A stretch of 63,884 bases of DNA, filler included, from Basidiobolus meristosporus CBS 931.73 (GCA_002104905.1; 3 parts of 3 records of this genome joined end to end with filler, not necessarily neighbours in it); one strand, 5' to 3'. Counted from the whole stretch's first letter, positions 46,880-59,473 are shown. The notes: a model not told the origin generated them from the letters alone. Translations and numbers: made by a program.

Positions 46880-49661
46880 TCCTATAAGAAATAATTATGA
46901 TGATCATGCCAAAAGGCTACACAAGTTTAAAGTCATGTGACTAAGATGTTTTGATCCTGTCAGAACACCATGCAAAGACTGTCAAAAACAACTGTACCTC
47001 AAATTCCACAGAAACCTTAGTCAAAACTTTTCATCACATCAGCACATATGTGGCTTTGATTAGTTCTCTCCCAATTATCTCACTTCCTGATCCAAGACAC
47101 TCAGTCACCTCCTACATTTGTGTTTGTTGATTGCTATTGCCTCTGTTTCACACTTATATGATTTATTCCCATCAAAACTTCAGTTGTGCCTCAGTTGCTA
47201 ATTGTATTGACCTATGCAAGTCCCTATTTCCTGCACAAACACTAAGCCTAACCCCACAGTCAATGACTTTGGTGGGAACCCTATGGCTTTATATCACTGT
47301 TGATTTACTGGTTCCCATATGTGCTGGTCCTCAGCTGGCAGTGCAAGGTCTAGCACCATATCTGCCAGCCGTTGCAATAAATCTTTGCTCTATCCAAGTG
47401 CATTTTCTTGAACACTGCTGTTGAAGAAGTGCTGCAGCTTCTTGGTGTGCCTATTAATGCTCCAAAACTCCACTGAAGGCATTGTGATAGTCCCATGAGT
47501 TCTTGACATTTTTACTTTGTCTCTTGGTATAATCTCCACTCTGTCAGTAATGAAGGACATGGAGGCGGTGGTAGACAAATTGCCTTTCTCTGTAAACCCA
47601 TCTACCTCACTAGATTGTGCTCAACTGGCTGTGCTTCCAACTCCTGAAAGATCAGCTGTTTTCTGGTTAGTAATTCTTCTTGGTTATGATGATATTCAGT
47701 CTGTTCTGGGGTTACAGAGTTATTTGACAAGAACTGCAGCTTTTTCTCACATTTGCCTGTCTCTAGATTGGGTAGACTTTTTTCCCTTTACCTTCTCCTT
47801 TATGACCAACAGGTCATCCACTGCTACTTTGTCTGAGTGCTTCTTGTATTGAACTATGCTTTCTCCTTGATAAATGCTGCTCTGATGCATCTGATTGCCA
47901 TGCTTGTTCCTTGCTGGCACTCTCCTGGAACCTGACATCTCTTTCCTACTTGTTTTGAGCTCCCAGCCCTAGTTGTGATGGGTTCCTGAGGTAGCTGTTG
48001 GTTTTTATCACTGTCAGATCCTTGACTGCTACTTTGACTCCGTGTTCCTTGAGTGGACTACTCTTTTTCCTTGATAAATGTTGTGCTGGTGCATCTGTGT
48101 CTGCCTGCTTGTCCCTTGTTGACACTCTACCAGCTACCTTTGATGCTTGTTTAGAGCTTTTGGTTTGGCTTCTAATGTGCTCTTGAGGAGACTGCTAGTT
48201 CTTAGCCATTGCAATCATGTACTCCTGCCTTTGATAGTTTCTGCTATTCTTTAGATACTTTCTAAGCATACCAATACTGGCCCAAAGTTTGTTTGCTTGT
48301 TTGAGACCTGCATAATGCTCATGGAACAAGTCAAGTGCATTCTGCTTGGCCTTGTGTTCCTGATGGTCCCATGGTATCATGGCCTTAAGGTGAAGGCATG
48401 CTAGACTTCTTACAGCCTTTTGAATATTAGCCCACTCTTCATCATTGCACCCAACAGCTTCACGGATCCCATGCTGTGATAGGTTTTTCTGTGGGCCCTA
48501 TCTTTTGACACTGTTGTTGTGTTTGAAAGACTATGCAGTTCTCCGCTGCTACTAAATTGGGAACCGGCTCAACTCTTGGCTGTAACATTAAGCTATATGG
48601 GTTCCTACTTTGCTGCAACAATACTACTTTCTCTACCTGGCATATTGATTGCTCTTCTCTCATTATTTGCTTATCGTGCTTTGGATCTATTTCCTGATTT
48701 CCCTTGGCCATTGAAAATATCCTATCCGCCAATGCACCCCCTATGGTCCTGCGGGTGGATCAGATCCAGATCATCCGTCAAGATCCTGTTCAGAGACCAC
48801 TATAATAACAGCAGCTTGGAATTAGTGACCCTCCTGACAATCTTATAACAAGATCATGACGGTGTTTTGCAAATTTTTCAGCCAAATAAAGGGATAAAAC
48901 TTAACAATTTTTGATTGGTGCTGTGACAATATTTGCATGTTATTGTTGTGGTCTTTCAGTGCTCTACTACTATTTTAAGTGGATCCAGTGGGCCAGGACT
49001 TCCTATTGCCTTATATGGCAAGAAACCTGATGGTATTTTGACGGCCTTACAGCGGGACTCTGATGGCTTTTTTCACGGCAGTATGACAGCCTGCCGCTGG
49101 TTATATATAATGCCACCGTACCAATTTACTCAATGGTATTTCCCTTTTCTACATCCCCTTGTGCAATTCATATATTCCACTGTAGAATCACCTTTCTTTA
49201 TTTGCTTACCCACTACTACCTTGGGTATTCCACATATAGTTTGAATCAAAAAAAACTATGGCCTCCTGCTTACTAACCTCTACAAACGCGCACACCTGCC
49301 GCAATTGACATACTTCTATCACCTCAACTTTACGGCTTTTTAGTGTGAAACTTGCAAAGTTGCCATATACCTTGTACTGCTGGTAGCATATACATCTTGC
49401 AAACATATGCTTGGTTATTGCCACTTCTGCCCTGAATACCTCCTGAATATTGGCAAAGAACTTCTTGGTATTTAGCCAATATATTCCTCCTCCCTGCTGG
49501 ATTCTAGTCCCCCTTATAGGTGCGCTCTGGCTTTTGTTTGTGTGAATTCTGTATTGAATAATGTAGAAGTTGGCTTATGACCACAAGAAATCCAGCATAT
49601 CTTGGTGGAGTTTCCTGATAAAAGTTAGTTGCTTGTTGCACCCAACCTAACTTTGCATTAC

Positions 49662-51275
49662 TTAACTGATTACCCACGCATTGGGGCTGCTTAGCTTCTT
49701 AATGCCATAGGCATAGGTGTCTCCATGTGCACATTTGTCCTCAGTGTTTTCCAACTCTTTCTGGCTGCCCTCCATGTGCCAACTCATCACATCCATGATG
49801 TACTTGAAGGTAATACTCTTGATGAGATTGGGATATGGTAGTACCTGCAACTTGACTTGTCTTCCTAGCTCCCTGCACATCTGCTCTATAGAAAACTCCC
49901 AAAAGGTGAAGCAAGGCCCAATATTCTCCACACACTGTGCAAGATGGAGTAGAGAATGGATACAGTAGTGGCAGAGATCTACATGTTCAGCTTTATGTTT
50001 GTAGTATAGCCACTCAAATCCCATCACAAGCTCCTCACACCACAGCTGTAGATGCATCAAGTTGGCATTGGTGATCTGCTTCTGGATAAATATTCCTACA
50101 ATGTCCACATATGACTCCCAATGCTTCCAATGTACTCTTGGTAGGAATAGCTTCAGATCACCACTTGAATAAATACATATCCAGATCATCCAGTCTTTGC
50201 ATTTGTATTGTTGCATATGCGTATGAATATTAATTGTAGCCCGTGAGAAGTACTTAGGGTAGCGGATACTCTGTAATATCTTGCCAATTTTTTCAAATTT
50301 CTCCGGTATCTCAAAGGGCTCATTTAGCTTGCAATGCCCCATGTACAACTTGGTCATCAGTATAGGGATATTATTGAAAAGCAAATGCATTGCTCCTAGT
50401 GGAAAGCTTTTGCTCCAACAGATACCCTCTATCTTAAGTATCTCTGGTTTCCAATTGATACCATATTCTGGCCAATGGCTTATAGCTTGCCAACTTTGCT
50501 GCAATTGCATGCTTACTTCTGTACGTTCCCTCTGTGGAAAGATGATGTTCTTAGTGCTGGTGTTTGGGTAATAATAATGTGTGTGAGTTCTGGAGTAAAT
50601 CCCCTGGATCTCACACATTTGACAGCAATACCATCCATTGTGCCTGGAAAAACCTGCTATCTTGCTGATGGCTGGGGTATCTCCAATGCAGATAATAATA
50701 TGCACTTTTACATGATGGCCATTCACCATTATCCTGCTGGAAAGCATACAAAATACATTAAGCAATGAATACAGGTAGCTATCTGGGTTGGATGGTGATT
50801 TAGGCCCAGATACCAGTGAGACTACCATCAGATTATTGCTCTGATACTGTAAGATGGGCGGCAGATTCAGATCGACAAGAATCAGTGGCCAGTAGGATTT
50901 GCTGGATGAGTACTTGCTTAATGAGAATCCTTCCAGTGCTAAAGCAAAGGCATGGTCATACATACCTTCAAAGTAGCCCTTGCTTCTTAGCTGTTTGTAA
51001 TGTTTGCCATTGAATATACTGGATATGTTTGCGCATGATTGATACTGAGTGTGGTACTGTATAGCTTTGCAATATTTGTTGGGCTGCATCAGCTTCCTCA
51101 GACGGGGTATGACTGGAATATACCTGGAGTGTGAACAATGTTTTCCCTCAATGGTGGTGGATTCCTGACAATTTGGACATGTTGCAATGGTAGCATTTTT
51201 GGATATGAATGCCATGCAACTGTTAACACATGCTGGAATTAGGACAGTCTCTGGATCATATGTTGCCAGCAGCAT
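49662..51275 (-). pseudogene. Transposase_21/Tnp2-type (CACTA/EnSpm) transposase, 537-aa open remnant
   Basis: ACVNSC..CPNC zinc knuckle, WPLILVDLNLPP, GPKSP, IGDTPA, C..C.I.G, MHLLF.NI, YCIHSLLHL..GP..FWEFSIE. The upstream exon region 51386..51709 is cut off by a stop and frameshift relative to ORF 54818..55186. First catalytic Asp reads Glu (LEGF versus LDGF/LDRF in other copies). Confidence 0.88.
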
Positions 51276-52116
51276 GACGGTTGTCCACTTGTACCATGTA
51301 CATGGTAAGTTGCATCCCGTTATGATTTTGGCAAGAAGCAGTAATAATTCTCAAAGCCCCCATTACTGATATTAGTGAAAACGCACTACTTCTCTAGCCA
51401 CAACATCACATCATTCACCAGTAAATGAATTACTGGGCTCACTTGGCTCCATAAAGTATCCTTGGCATTTGTCTCAATGGGTGTTGTCTCATCGCATATA
51501 GGGATTTGACCGGGCTCATACATGGTACTGTTGTTAGGGGAGATAGGCTCAAAATCCATCAGGGAACCTTCTTTGTCAGAGCTATCACTCTGCATGCCAT
51601 ATTCAGAAGGCTGAGGTGAGCCTAAAGGTGTCACAAACTCACCTGACTCAGTTTGCACAAGTTGACAAAGATGGCCAGGTGCCAATATAGAAGTATCACT
51701 GGCTGGCAAGATAATGTTGGTACAGTAGTGACCAATGAATGTTCAAATATGACTTAGGTGGCAAAACACTGGTGGTGATCATTGTAATACTTCCTATGCT
51801 GTCTGCATGCTTCATGGCTGAGAGGCTTGCCACAATAGCCACATGGTCTTTTTTCTCTTCTCTTACGGCATTGAGTCAAAGTAGTCTTGTCCATGGGGCA
51901 AACAGTTTGACCTTCAACAACGTAATGCTATTATATCAATTTTTGGTCAATACTCATGTGAACTTAAGACAGTCTTGTATTTGAGACACTACACCTTCAT
52001 GAATGTAAGATTCAATGATGACCCGCCATAGTAAGCATTACAAATAAAGTTGTGGCACCGCATACACATGTATATGTAACACTATTTCCCCTTTGGTTTG
52101 ACTCACTTCCATATAT

Positions 52117-53323
52117 ATGCCGCCAAAAAATAAAGCAAAGTCATTTGGTTCTCAACCAAACTGCACCACTGACAGCAACAGAAGAACGGTTGGACAACAG
52201 CTTGCTTTGACATTCAGTGCAACAAGTGGGGCTACATCCAAAACAGGCCCTGCGGACAGTGTGCCCACTGAAGGTATTAATGCGGACTCCGCAGGCTCTC
52301 AGTCAAGTAGGCAATTGAGAACCTCTGCAGAGCCACAAGCTGACTGTTAAGCTCAGGCAGATGAGAATGTAGCAAATGCAGTACCCTCTGTTGAAGATCA
52401 GCAAGTGGCCATGATAACATCACCACCACCCATATTAGCAAGTATGTTTTCAGCTCATACTAAAGCATTAATGAAGCAATTAGGTGCAGTGGCTGATAGG
52501 ATAGATGCAATGGCCCAGAAAATCAGGAAGTAGCTCAGAAACAGGATGAGCGGATAATACATGTAGAGCAATCAATATCCCAGGTAGAGAAAGCAGTATA
52601 TTTGCTGCAAAGAAGGAGCTCAAGTAGCTCAATGTCACAGCCAAGAATTGAGCCATTTCCTGATGTAACAGCAGAGGAACACTGTACAGTCTTTGAAGCA
52701 CAACAACAGTGCCCAAAGATAAAGCCCACAGAAAAACCTATCACAGCATGGGAGGGAGATAATGTGGTGCTTATACCAAAGCCTAAAAATCAAAAGACAT
52801 TGAAGATCTGTGAAGCCGTTGAGTGCAATAATGAAGAGCGGGCTAATATACAAGAGGCTGTCAGAAGTCTAGCACACCATCACCTTAAGGCCAGCATACC
52901 ATGGGACCATCAAGAACTCAAGGCCAAGCAGAATGCACTTGACTTGTTCCATGAGCATTATCCTGGATTCAAATGGGCAAACAGATTTTGGGCCAGCATT
53001 GGTATCCTAAGAAAGTATCTTAAGAATAGCAGAAACTATCAAAGGCAGAAGAACAACTGACAGACAAGGCTACAATGTCAACAGCTCAAAAGACTATCAC
53101 AATGCCTTCAGTGGAGTTTTGGAACATTAATAGGCACACCAAGAGGTTGCAGCACTTCTTTAAGAGCAGTGCTCAAGAAAACGCACTGGAATATTGCAAG
53201 GATTTATTGCAAAGACTGGCAGATGAGGAGCTAGACCTTGCAGTACCAGCTGAAGACCAGGACATGTGGGAACCAGTGAATGAACAGTGGCATAAAGCTG
53301 TTGGGTTCCCACCAAAGTTGTGA
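52117..53323 (+). pseudogene. CACTA accessory (TnpA-like) ORF region, broken into 52117..52350, 52602..53060, 53075..53323
   Basis: Inside the element, divergent from the transposase; paralogous at 47300-48738/53811-54200 and 41100-41800 (IPWDHQE.KAKQNALDLFHEHY.G.K.AN..WASIG.LRKYLKNSRNYQRQ). Confidence 0.7.
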
Positions 53324-55832
53324 AACCAGAGCGTTACAGCAGAAATACTTATTGAGTGGTGGATTTTAATGGAGTTACTTGTTGAGTGTGGGGTTGGACT
53401 TAATGTTAGTGTAGGGAATAGAGACTTGTATAGGTCAATACAGTTAACAATTGAAGTACAACTGAAGTTTCAACGGAAATAAATCAATTTGTACGCATGA
53501 AAAGTAAGAAAAGCGGCTGAGTCAGGAAGTAAGGAGTGTGAAAAAGAGGCAATAGCCAATCAATTCACACAAACATAGGAGGCAATAGAGTGTCCGGGTC
53601 AGAAAGTGAGCAAATTGGCAGGGAACCAATCAAAAGCCACTTACACATTGTTGTGATGAAAAATTTTGACAAAGTTTTTGTGAAATCTGGGGTGCAATTA
53701 TTTTCAATTGTCTCTGGACGGAGTCCTGACAAGATCAGTACCTCTCAGTCATGGGACATTAACTTTGTGATGGCCTTTTGATGGGATCATCTCAATAATT
53801 TTTCATAGGGACCTAATTGCCTCATTAAGGCTTTGATATGAGCTGACAACATACTTGCTAATACAGGTGGTGGTGATGTTGTAACAGCCATTTGCTGGTC
53901 TTCAACTAAAGATACTGCATTTGATACATTCTCATTTACCTGAGCATTATGGTCAGCTTGCGGCTCTGTAGAGATTCTAAATTGCATACTTGACTGAGAG
54001 GCTGAGGAGTCCACATTATAGCCTTCAGTGGGCACACCATCAATATGGCCTTTTTTGGATATGGCCCTACTTGTTGCACTGTATGTCAAAGTAAGCTGTT
54101 GTCTGACTGTTCTACTGCAGTGGTCAGCAGTTGGGTATGGTTAGGAACAAGATGACTTTGCTTTATCTCATGGCAGCATATCTATGGAAGTGAGTCAAAC
54201 CAAAGGGGAATAATTTTACATATATGTATGTATGTGGTTCCACAACTTTATTTACAATGCTCACTATGGTGGGTCATCATTGAATCTTACATTTATGTAG
54301 ATGTAATGTCTCAAATACAAGACTCTCTTAGACTCACACAAGTATTGACAAAATAATGATGTAATAGCATTATGTTGTTGAGTATCAAACTGTTTGCCCC
54401 ATGGACAAGACTACCTTTATTCAACACCATAAAAGAAGAGAAAAAGGACCATATGGCTATTGAAGCAAGTCTCTCAGCCATGAAGCACTCAGATGGCATA
54501 GGAAGTATTACAAGGATCACAGCCAGTGTTTTGCCACACAAGTCATATTTGAGCATTCATTAGTCACTACTTTACCAATAATATCTTGACAGCCACTTGA
54601 TACTTCTATAACCGCATCCAGCAGTACTTGTCTCCTTGTGCTAACTGAGTCAGGTGAGTTTGTGACACCTTTAGGCACACCTGGGCCTTCTGAATATGGC
54701 ATGCAGAGTGATAATGCTGAAGAAGAAGAATCATTGATGGTTTGTGAGCCTATCTCCCCTTACAACTGTACTCCACATGAGCCTGGCAAAATCCCAATAT
54801 GAGATGAGACAACACCGGTGGAAAAAACTGCCAAGGATATCTTATGGAGCCAAGTGAGCACAATAATTCATGTACTTGTTAATGATGAGATGTTGTGGCT
54901 AGAGAAGTGGCATATCACCACTAATATCAGCAATGGGGGCTTTGAGGATTTACTACTACTTCTTGCAAAAAGCATTCTGGGATGCAACTTACCAGGTACA
55001 TGGTACAAGTGCACAACCATCATGCAGCTGGCAACATACAACCCAGAGACTGTCCAGATACTAGCATGTGCTAATAGTTGCATGGCATTCACATCAAAAA
55101 TGCCACCATTGCAAGGTGTCCAACTTGTCAGGAATCCATCATCATTGGGGGAAAACTGTATTCACACTCCAGATGCACTCCAGTAATACCCCATTTAAAG
55201 AAGCTTATGCAGTCCAACAAACATTGTGAAGGTATTGAGTACCACACTTGATACCAATCAAGCACATACATTTTCAATGTAGATAATGACAAACATTACA
55301 AACAACTAAGAAGTAAGGGCTACTTCTAAGGTATGTGTGACCATGCCTTTGCCTTGACACTGGATGGGTTTCCATTGAACAAGTACTCTACCAGCAAATT
55401 CAGCCAGCCAATGCATATGGTACCAATGGTATGCTGAATCTGGGAGCTTAGCAAGCATCAGGCTGGAGTACAAGTTTGTGGGTGTAACATAAGTGTGCTA
55501 GTTGTGGCAGGTATAAGCATAGGTTCAGGTAAATCAAGAAGAAGCAATAGTTCAGTTATATTTTAACCATGTTTGGATTATCAATGGTATAAATGGGTAA
55601 ATAAAGGGGAAATGCTCATATTTCTAATATATTATCAGTACAGTGGGTACCTAATGGAACAAAACAATTTGGGCCATTTTATGGAGTTGGTAGCATATAG
55701 TGACCATTAGATAGCAAACTAAAATAATATTAAGACCATAACAAGGCTGTGATAAGGCTATGGAAGCACTGCTGATGTACCTTTAAGTTTTTCTCCAACA
55801 AAAGGATTTCGGATGGTGAAGACTGTTGAAAG

Positions 55833-56180
55833 TGCTGTAAGATTTGTAGTTACACCTAGTTACTTCACCTAACCTAGTCACTTAGATCATTACCCACAAG
55901 TCTTGAAGAACACTGACCAAATTTCTTGCAAGTATTTGCTTTGAATATTTTCACCAAAACATCAGGTACCCAGAACATGAAATTCTGATGAGTAGTCCAA
56001 GCAGCCCAAGCTTAGCCTATGTGCTCTGGAGACCTTCCTAAGCATATTCTGTATGCTTGTCTTGCCTATAACTTGTAAAAGTATAAATACTACTTTGACA
56101 TTCAATAAATCACCAAGTGAATATCACACAGTCTACTTATTCACCTGATCACTTCCAATATCTCCCAACTCTCACAGCTA
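55833..56180 (+). mobile_element. Old Copia-family LTR
   Basis: Colinear with 41815..42164 (AGTCACTTAGATCATTA, GGTACCCAGAACATGAAA, GTAAAAGTATAAATACTAC). Confidence 0.75.
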
Positions 56181-56184
56181 AGAG

Positions 56185-56284
56185 NNNNNNNNNNNNNNNN
56201 NNNNNNNNNNNNNNNNNNNNNNNNNNNNTTAATTAATTAANNNNNNNNNNNNNNNNNNNNNNNNNNNNNNNNNNNNNNNNNNNN
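56185..56284. other. Scaffold gap with TTAATTAATTAA linker
   Basis: 44 N + 12-mer + 44 N. Confidence 0.97.
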
Positions 56285-56783
56285 AGCTATAGAGAATAAC
56301 TTAGTTAGCTTAGTTTACTGTCCTACAGATGAAATGATTGCAGACATATTTACAAAACCATTAGCTAAAGAGAAGTTTGAATATCTTAGGTCAAAATTAG
56401 GACTAGTCAGTATGAACATTTAGCTGAGTGGGAGTGTTGTAAAAATTTGTATTTCCACCTAAATATTCATCTAACTTAGTCACTTAGATCATCACCTTCA
56501 AATCCTAGAGAATACTGACCAAATTCCTTGTTGGGATTTACTTAGAATATTTTCACCAAAATACCAGGCACCCAGAACATGAAAATTCTCAAAGTTGTCC
56601 AAACAGCCCCAAACTTTGCCCACATGTTCTTGGTACCTTCCTTAATCTATTCTACGTGTTTGTAATGCCAAGACCAGGTAAAAGTATAAATACTACTTTT
56701 ACATTCAATAAATCATTAAGTGAAAACCACATAATCTACTTATTCTCCAAATCACTTCCAATATCTCCAAGACTCTTACAACA
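56285..56783 (+). mobile_element. Copia 3' end (RNase H tail, PPT, LTR 56435..56783)
   Basis: [27 protein letters not shown].. coding sequence, then GCTGAGTGGGAG and TGTTGTAA..TTACAACA. Confidence 0.93.
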
Positions 56784-56790
56784 GTGGGAA

Positions 56791-57139
56791 GGTTATAAAA
56801 AGTTATTATTCCACCTAAATATCCACCTAACTTAGTCACTTAGATCATTACCTTCAGATCCTAAAGAATACTTACCAAACTTCTTGTCAGGATTTACTTA
56901 GAATATCTTCACTAAAATATCAGGTACCAAGAACATGAAAATTAGATGAGTTGTCCAAACAGCCCCAAACTTTGCGCACATGTTCTTGGGACCTTTCTAA
57001 ACCTATTCTATGAGTTTGTTATGCCAGGACCATGTAAAAGTATTAATACTACATTTACATTTAATCAATCATTAAGTGAAAACCACATAATCTACTTGTT
57101 CTCCAAATCACTTCCAACATCCCCAAGAATCTTATAACA
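56791..57139 (+). mobile_element. Second, older LTR of the same family directly downstream
   Basis: GGTTATAAAA...CTTATAACA, 349 bp, colinear with the preceding LTR. Confidence 0.85.
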
Positions 57140-57755
57140 CATCGTAGTTGTTCATATGAACATATGGTAACGCACTGCTGCACAGTCATTGTGAAGAGAT
57201 GTCAGAATAATTTTCTGCGCAACAGTGAGAACTATGAGCTCAAAGGAGTGCTGTAGTATGAATAATTTTGAAATTACTATCATTTCAATACTCTCCTATT
57301 TCTGTCAGTTGGATTGGAAGCTAACTTAGTGCGAACTAAGCATTGACCAGGTGGATGGCCAAGTTCCAAAAATGTACAGATGATTATGTCAGTAAGGGTA
57401 GCATTCTTATTGGCCTCCCTGCACTCATTCAAGGAAATCGTAGTTATGAGAAGGTAAATGGAAATAGGTGAGCTATATATGCAGCTGCAGTAATAGATTG
57501 GACCCCTAACGACACAAGTTCCGTTGGGATGCTCTATTGTTCACCACGTAAATGTTGCTAAATTTCCCGAAAAATCTATGTTCAAAGGCTTTGTTTCGCC
57601 TGTTGATTCTTCTACAACTACAGTGATAAAAGTTTAGACATCTGCCAATCAAACGAAAGCTACCCCTAAGACCTGCATATAATGAAGTAAGGTTGACAAT
57701 GGTGGGAAATCAAGAGAATGTATTTAAGACGGCCAATGATAGATATAATACAAAC

Positions 57756-58907
57756 ATGGTATTGATGTTACACTTCAACACATTAGCACTCTTCCTTGTG
57801 TCGACCTTGTGCTCTATCCAAGTGGACGCTGCTGCTGCTCCTATATGCACGAATCGAATTGATGAATATCATCTACCACCTACTGAGATGACACACGAGC
57901 TGCTGAAGCTGCCTAACTCTGATATGATTTTAATCTCACAAATGAGCAATAGTAAATTGGTCAAGGTTCAGCTTGGGCCAGATGGCCAGGTTACAGGTAT
58001 TGAGGCTCACTCATTAGGAGGGCCAAATGCTGGGCTACATGGCCTATCCCTTTCCACTGAGTATCCTGGAATGATATGGTGCACTGCCGAATATCTAAAC
58101 CAGCTCCTACTTGTAGATCCACAACCACAGAGCCTCGAGGCTCCACCAATTATTCACAGGACAATACATGTGGCAGCTCCTGGTAAGGGCCCGCATTACA
58201 TTGGTGAATATGGCGACTTCCTTTGGGCAACTCTGAAGGAGAGCGGCCATGCACTACGCCTTAACCACAAGGATTACAGTGCCAACCAAACACTCTTCCC
58301 AACCAAGCCCAGTCCCATTTTCGTAGCTCAACACCCCACAAACAAAGATTTCTACGTTACTCAAGATCAGGGCAGCTCGCTGCTGAGGATTACTTCCAAC
58401 GGAACTACATCACAGATTCCAATCCCATCTCAGTTTGGATCTACACCTGTGGGTGCAATATCCGGACCTCATGGTGTATGGTTTGTCCTTCTGGGTTCAA
58501 ATACCACAGGGACCGGTACCTTTGGCCGAATCAATGACAACGGTCAGATCACTTGGTTCACTTTAAAATCAAACCAAGCGAAGGGAGCCTCATTACTACA
58601 TCTCGCCTTTGAAAGTGGCCCAGATCCCAGTCACCCAACCTTGTGGCTCTTAGCTTCCAGCATTGTCAATACCAATGCTAAAGACATGATCATCAAGGTT
58701 CAGTTTGATGAAACGTACAGTACTATCGTAAGCGAGCAGGCTTCTGCGTTGCCAACACAGCTTTCAATGGCGCATCGCATCCTGGCCATAGGAGGAAATG
58801 TATGGGCAACGGAGTTGTCAACCGCTATCCTGGCCAGACTTTCGAGCACCCCAGGATGTGCCCATCGCAATTCTCCGAACATAAGAACGGAAAAAGATCT
58901 AGCATAA
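57756..58907 (+). CDS. Secreted Vgb (streptogramin-lyase)-like beta-propeller protein, ~383 aa, intronless
   Basis: Hydrophobic signal peptide (FNTLALFLVSTLCSIQVDA); repeated blade-like motifs GLHGL, GPHYI..G..LW, PIFVA, TPVG.I.GP.GVWF, GTFGRI..G.I.WF, AHRIL..GG.VWATE. First true ATG at 57756 (alternative 57765). Confidence 0.7.
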   Translation: MVLMLHFNTLALFLVSTLCSIQVDAAAAPICTNRIDEYHLPPTEMTHELLKLPNSDMILISQMSNSKLVKVQLGPDGQVTGIEAHSLGGPNAGLHGLSLSTEYPGMIWCTAEYLNQLLLVDPQPQSLEAPPIIHRTIHVAAPGKGPHYIGEYGDFLWATLKESGHALRLNHKDYSANQTLFPTKPSPIFVAQHPTNKDFYVTQDQGSSLLRITSNGTTSQIPIPSQFGSTPVGAISGPHGVWFVLLGSNTTGTGTFGRINDNGQITWFTLKSNQAKGASLLHLAFESGPDPSHPTLWLLASSIVNTNAKDMIIKVQFDETYSTIVSEQASALPTQLSMAHRILAIGGNVWATELSTAILARLSSTPGCAHRNSPNIRTEKDLA

Positions 58908-59473
58908 ACTACGAAAGCGGCACTTTATCAGCATAATCTATTTGCAATAAAACACTAAAGTAAAATGAAGATTACAACAAAGCAACACAAATGGCTCCCA
59001 GAAAAACAATTTAGAAGACAAACGGGATGGGTGTTGGTAACAACGCTGTGCTTGGCTTTGGAAGGCATGCTAATACTCGCACCTATCCATGCTCCAATTG
59101 ATAAATATCAACTGTGAGGCCACAAGCGAGTGATACTTGGGCTCGCTTTGAGGGCATTTGCCTTTAAGCAATTAAAAAGCAGCTACTATAGAACTTTAGC
59201 TGGTTATAAATATCGAGTTAAACCCCTGAATCTATATTACCTCGTATCTGGAAATTCATGGAAAGGTTGTAAGTGAACTGTTCGATTCTACAATGCCTTC
59301 ATCCTCCATTAACTTTGATAAAGGTAAACCCCCCCCCCAACAGAAGTATGCCATCGTCCGATCTCAAGAAAACTCAGGGTAGTATAAGTGCATTTAGTGT
59401 AAGTCGACTCATCAACTATACTATTCGGGTCTATTCTCAGAAACAACAAAGTGAATATCGAGTATTTCAATCG

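Larger units (their letters stand above)
48739..53810 (-). mobile_element. CACTA-3: complete 5072-bp CCCTA-ended element
   Basis: CCCTATG ... ATTTTTCATAGGG termini; ACC TSD; flanks rejoin to GCAATTA-GGT-GCA (minus strand), matching the empty site at 52487..52489. Confidence 0.9.
46880..55440 (+). mobile_element. CACTA-2: outer element hosting CACTA-3
   Basis: Decayed terminus TCCTATAAGAAATAATTATGATGATC matches the 53810 end; accessory ORF on minus split at 48738/53811; transposase 5' part on plus (ORF 54818..55186); 3' end not seen. Confidence 0.75.

Noticed and set aside
57693-57755. Extension of the secreted-protein ORF upstream of 57756
   Set aside because: It would bury the signal peptide; the TTG-initiated call is an ORF-finder effect.
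59040-59170. Possible small RNA between the Vgb-like and HhH genes
   Set aside because: No recognisable tRNA, snRNA or snoRNA boxes or structure.
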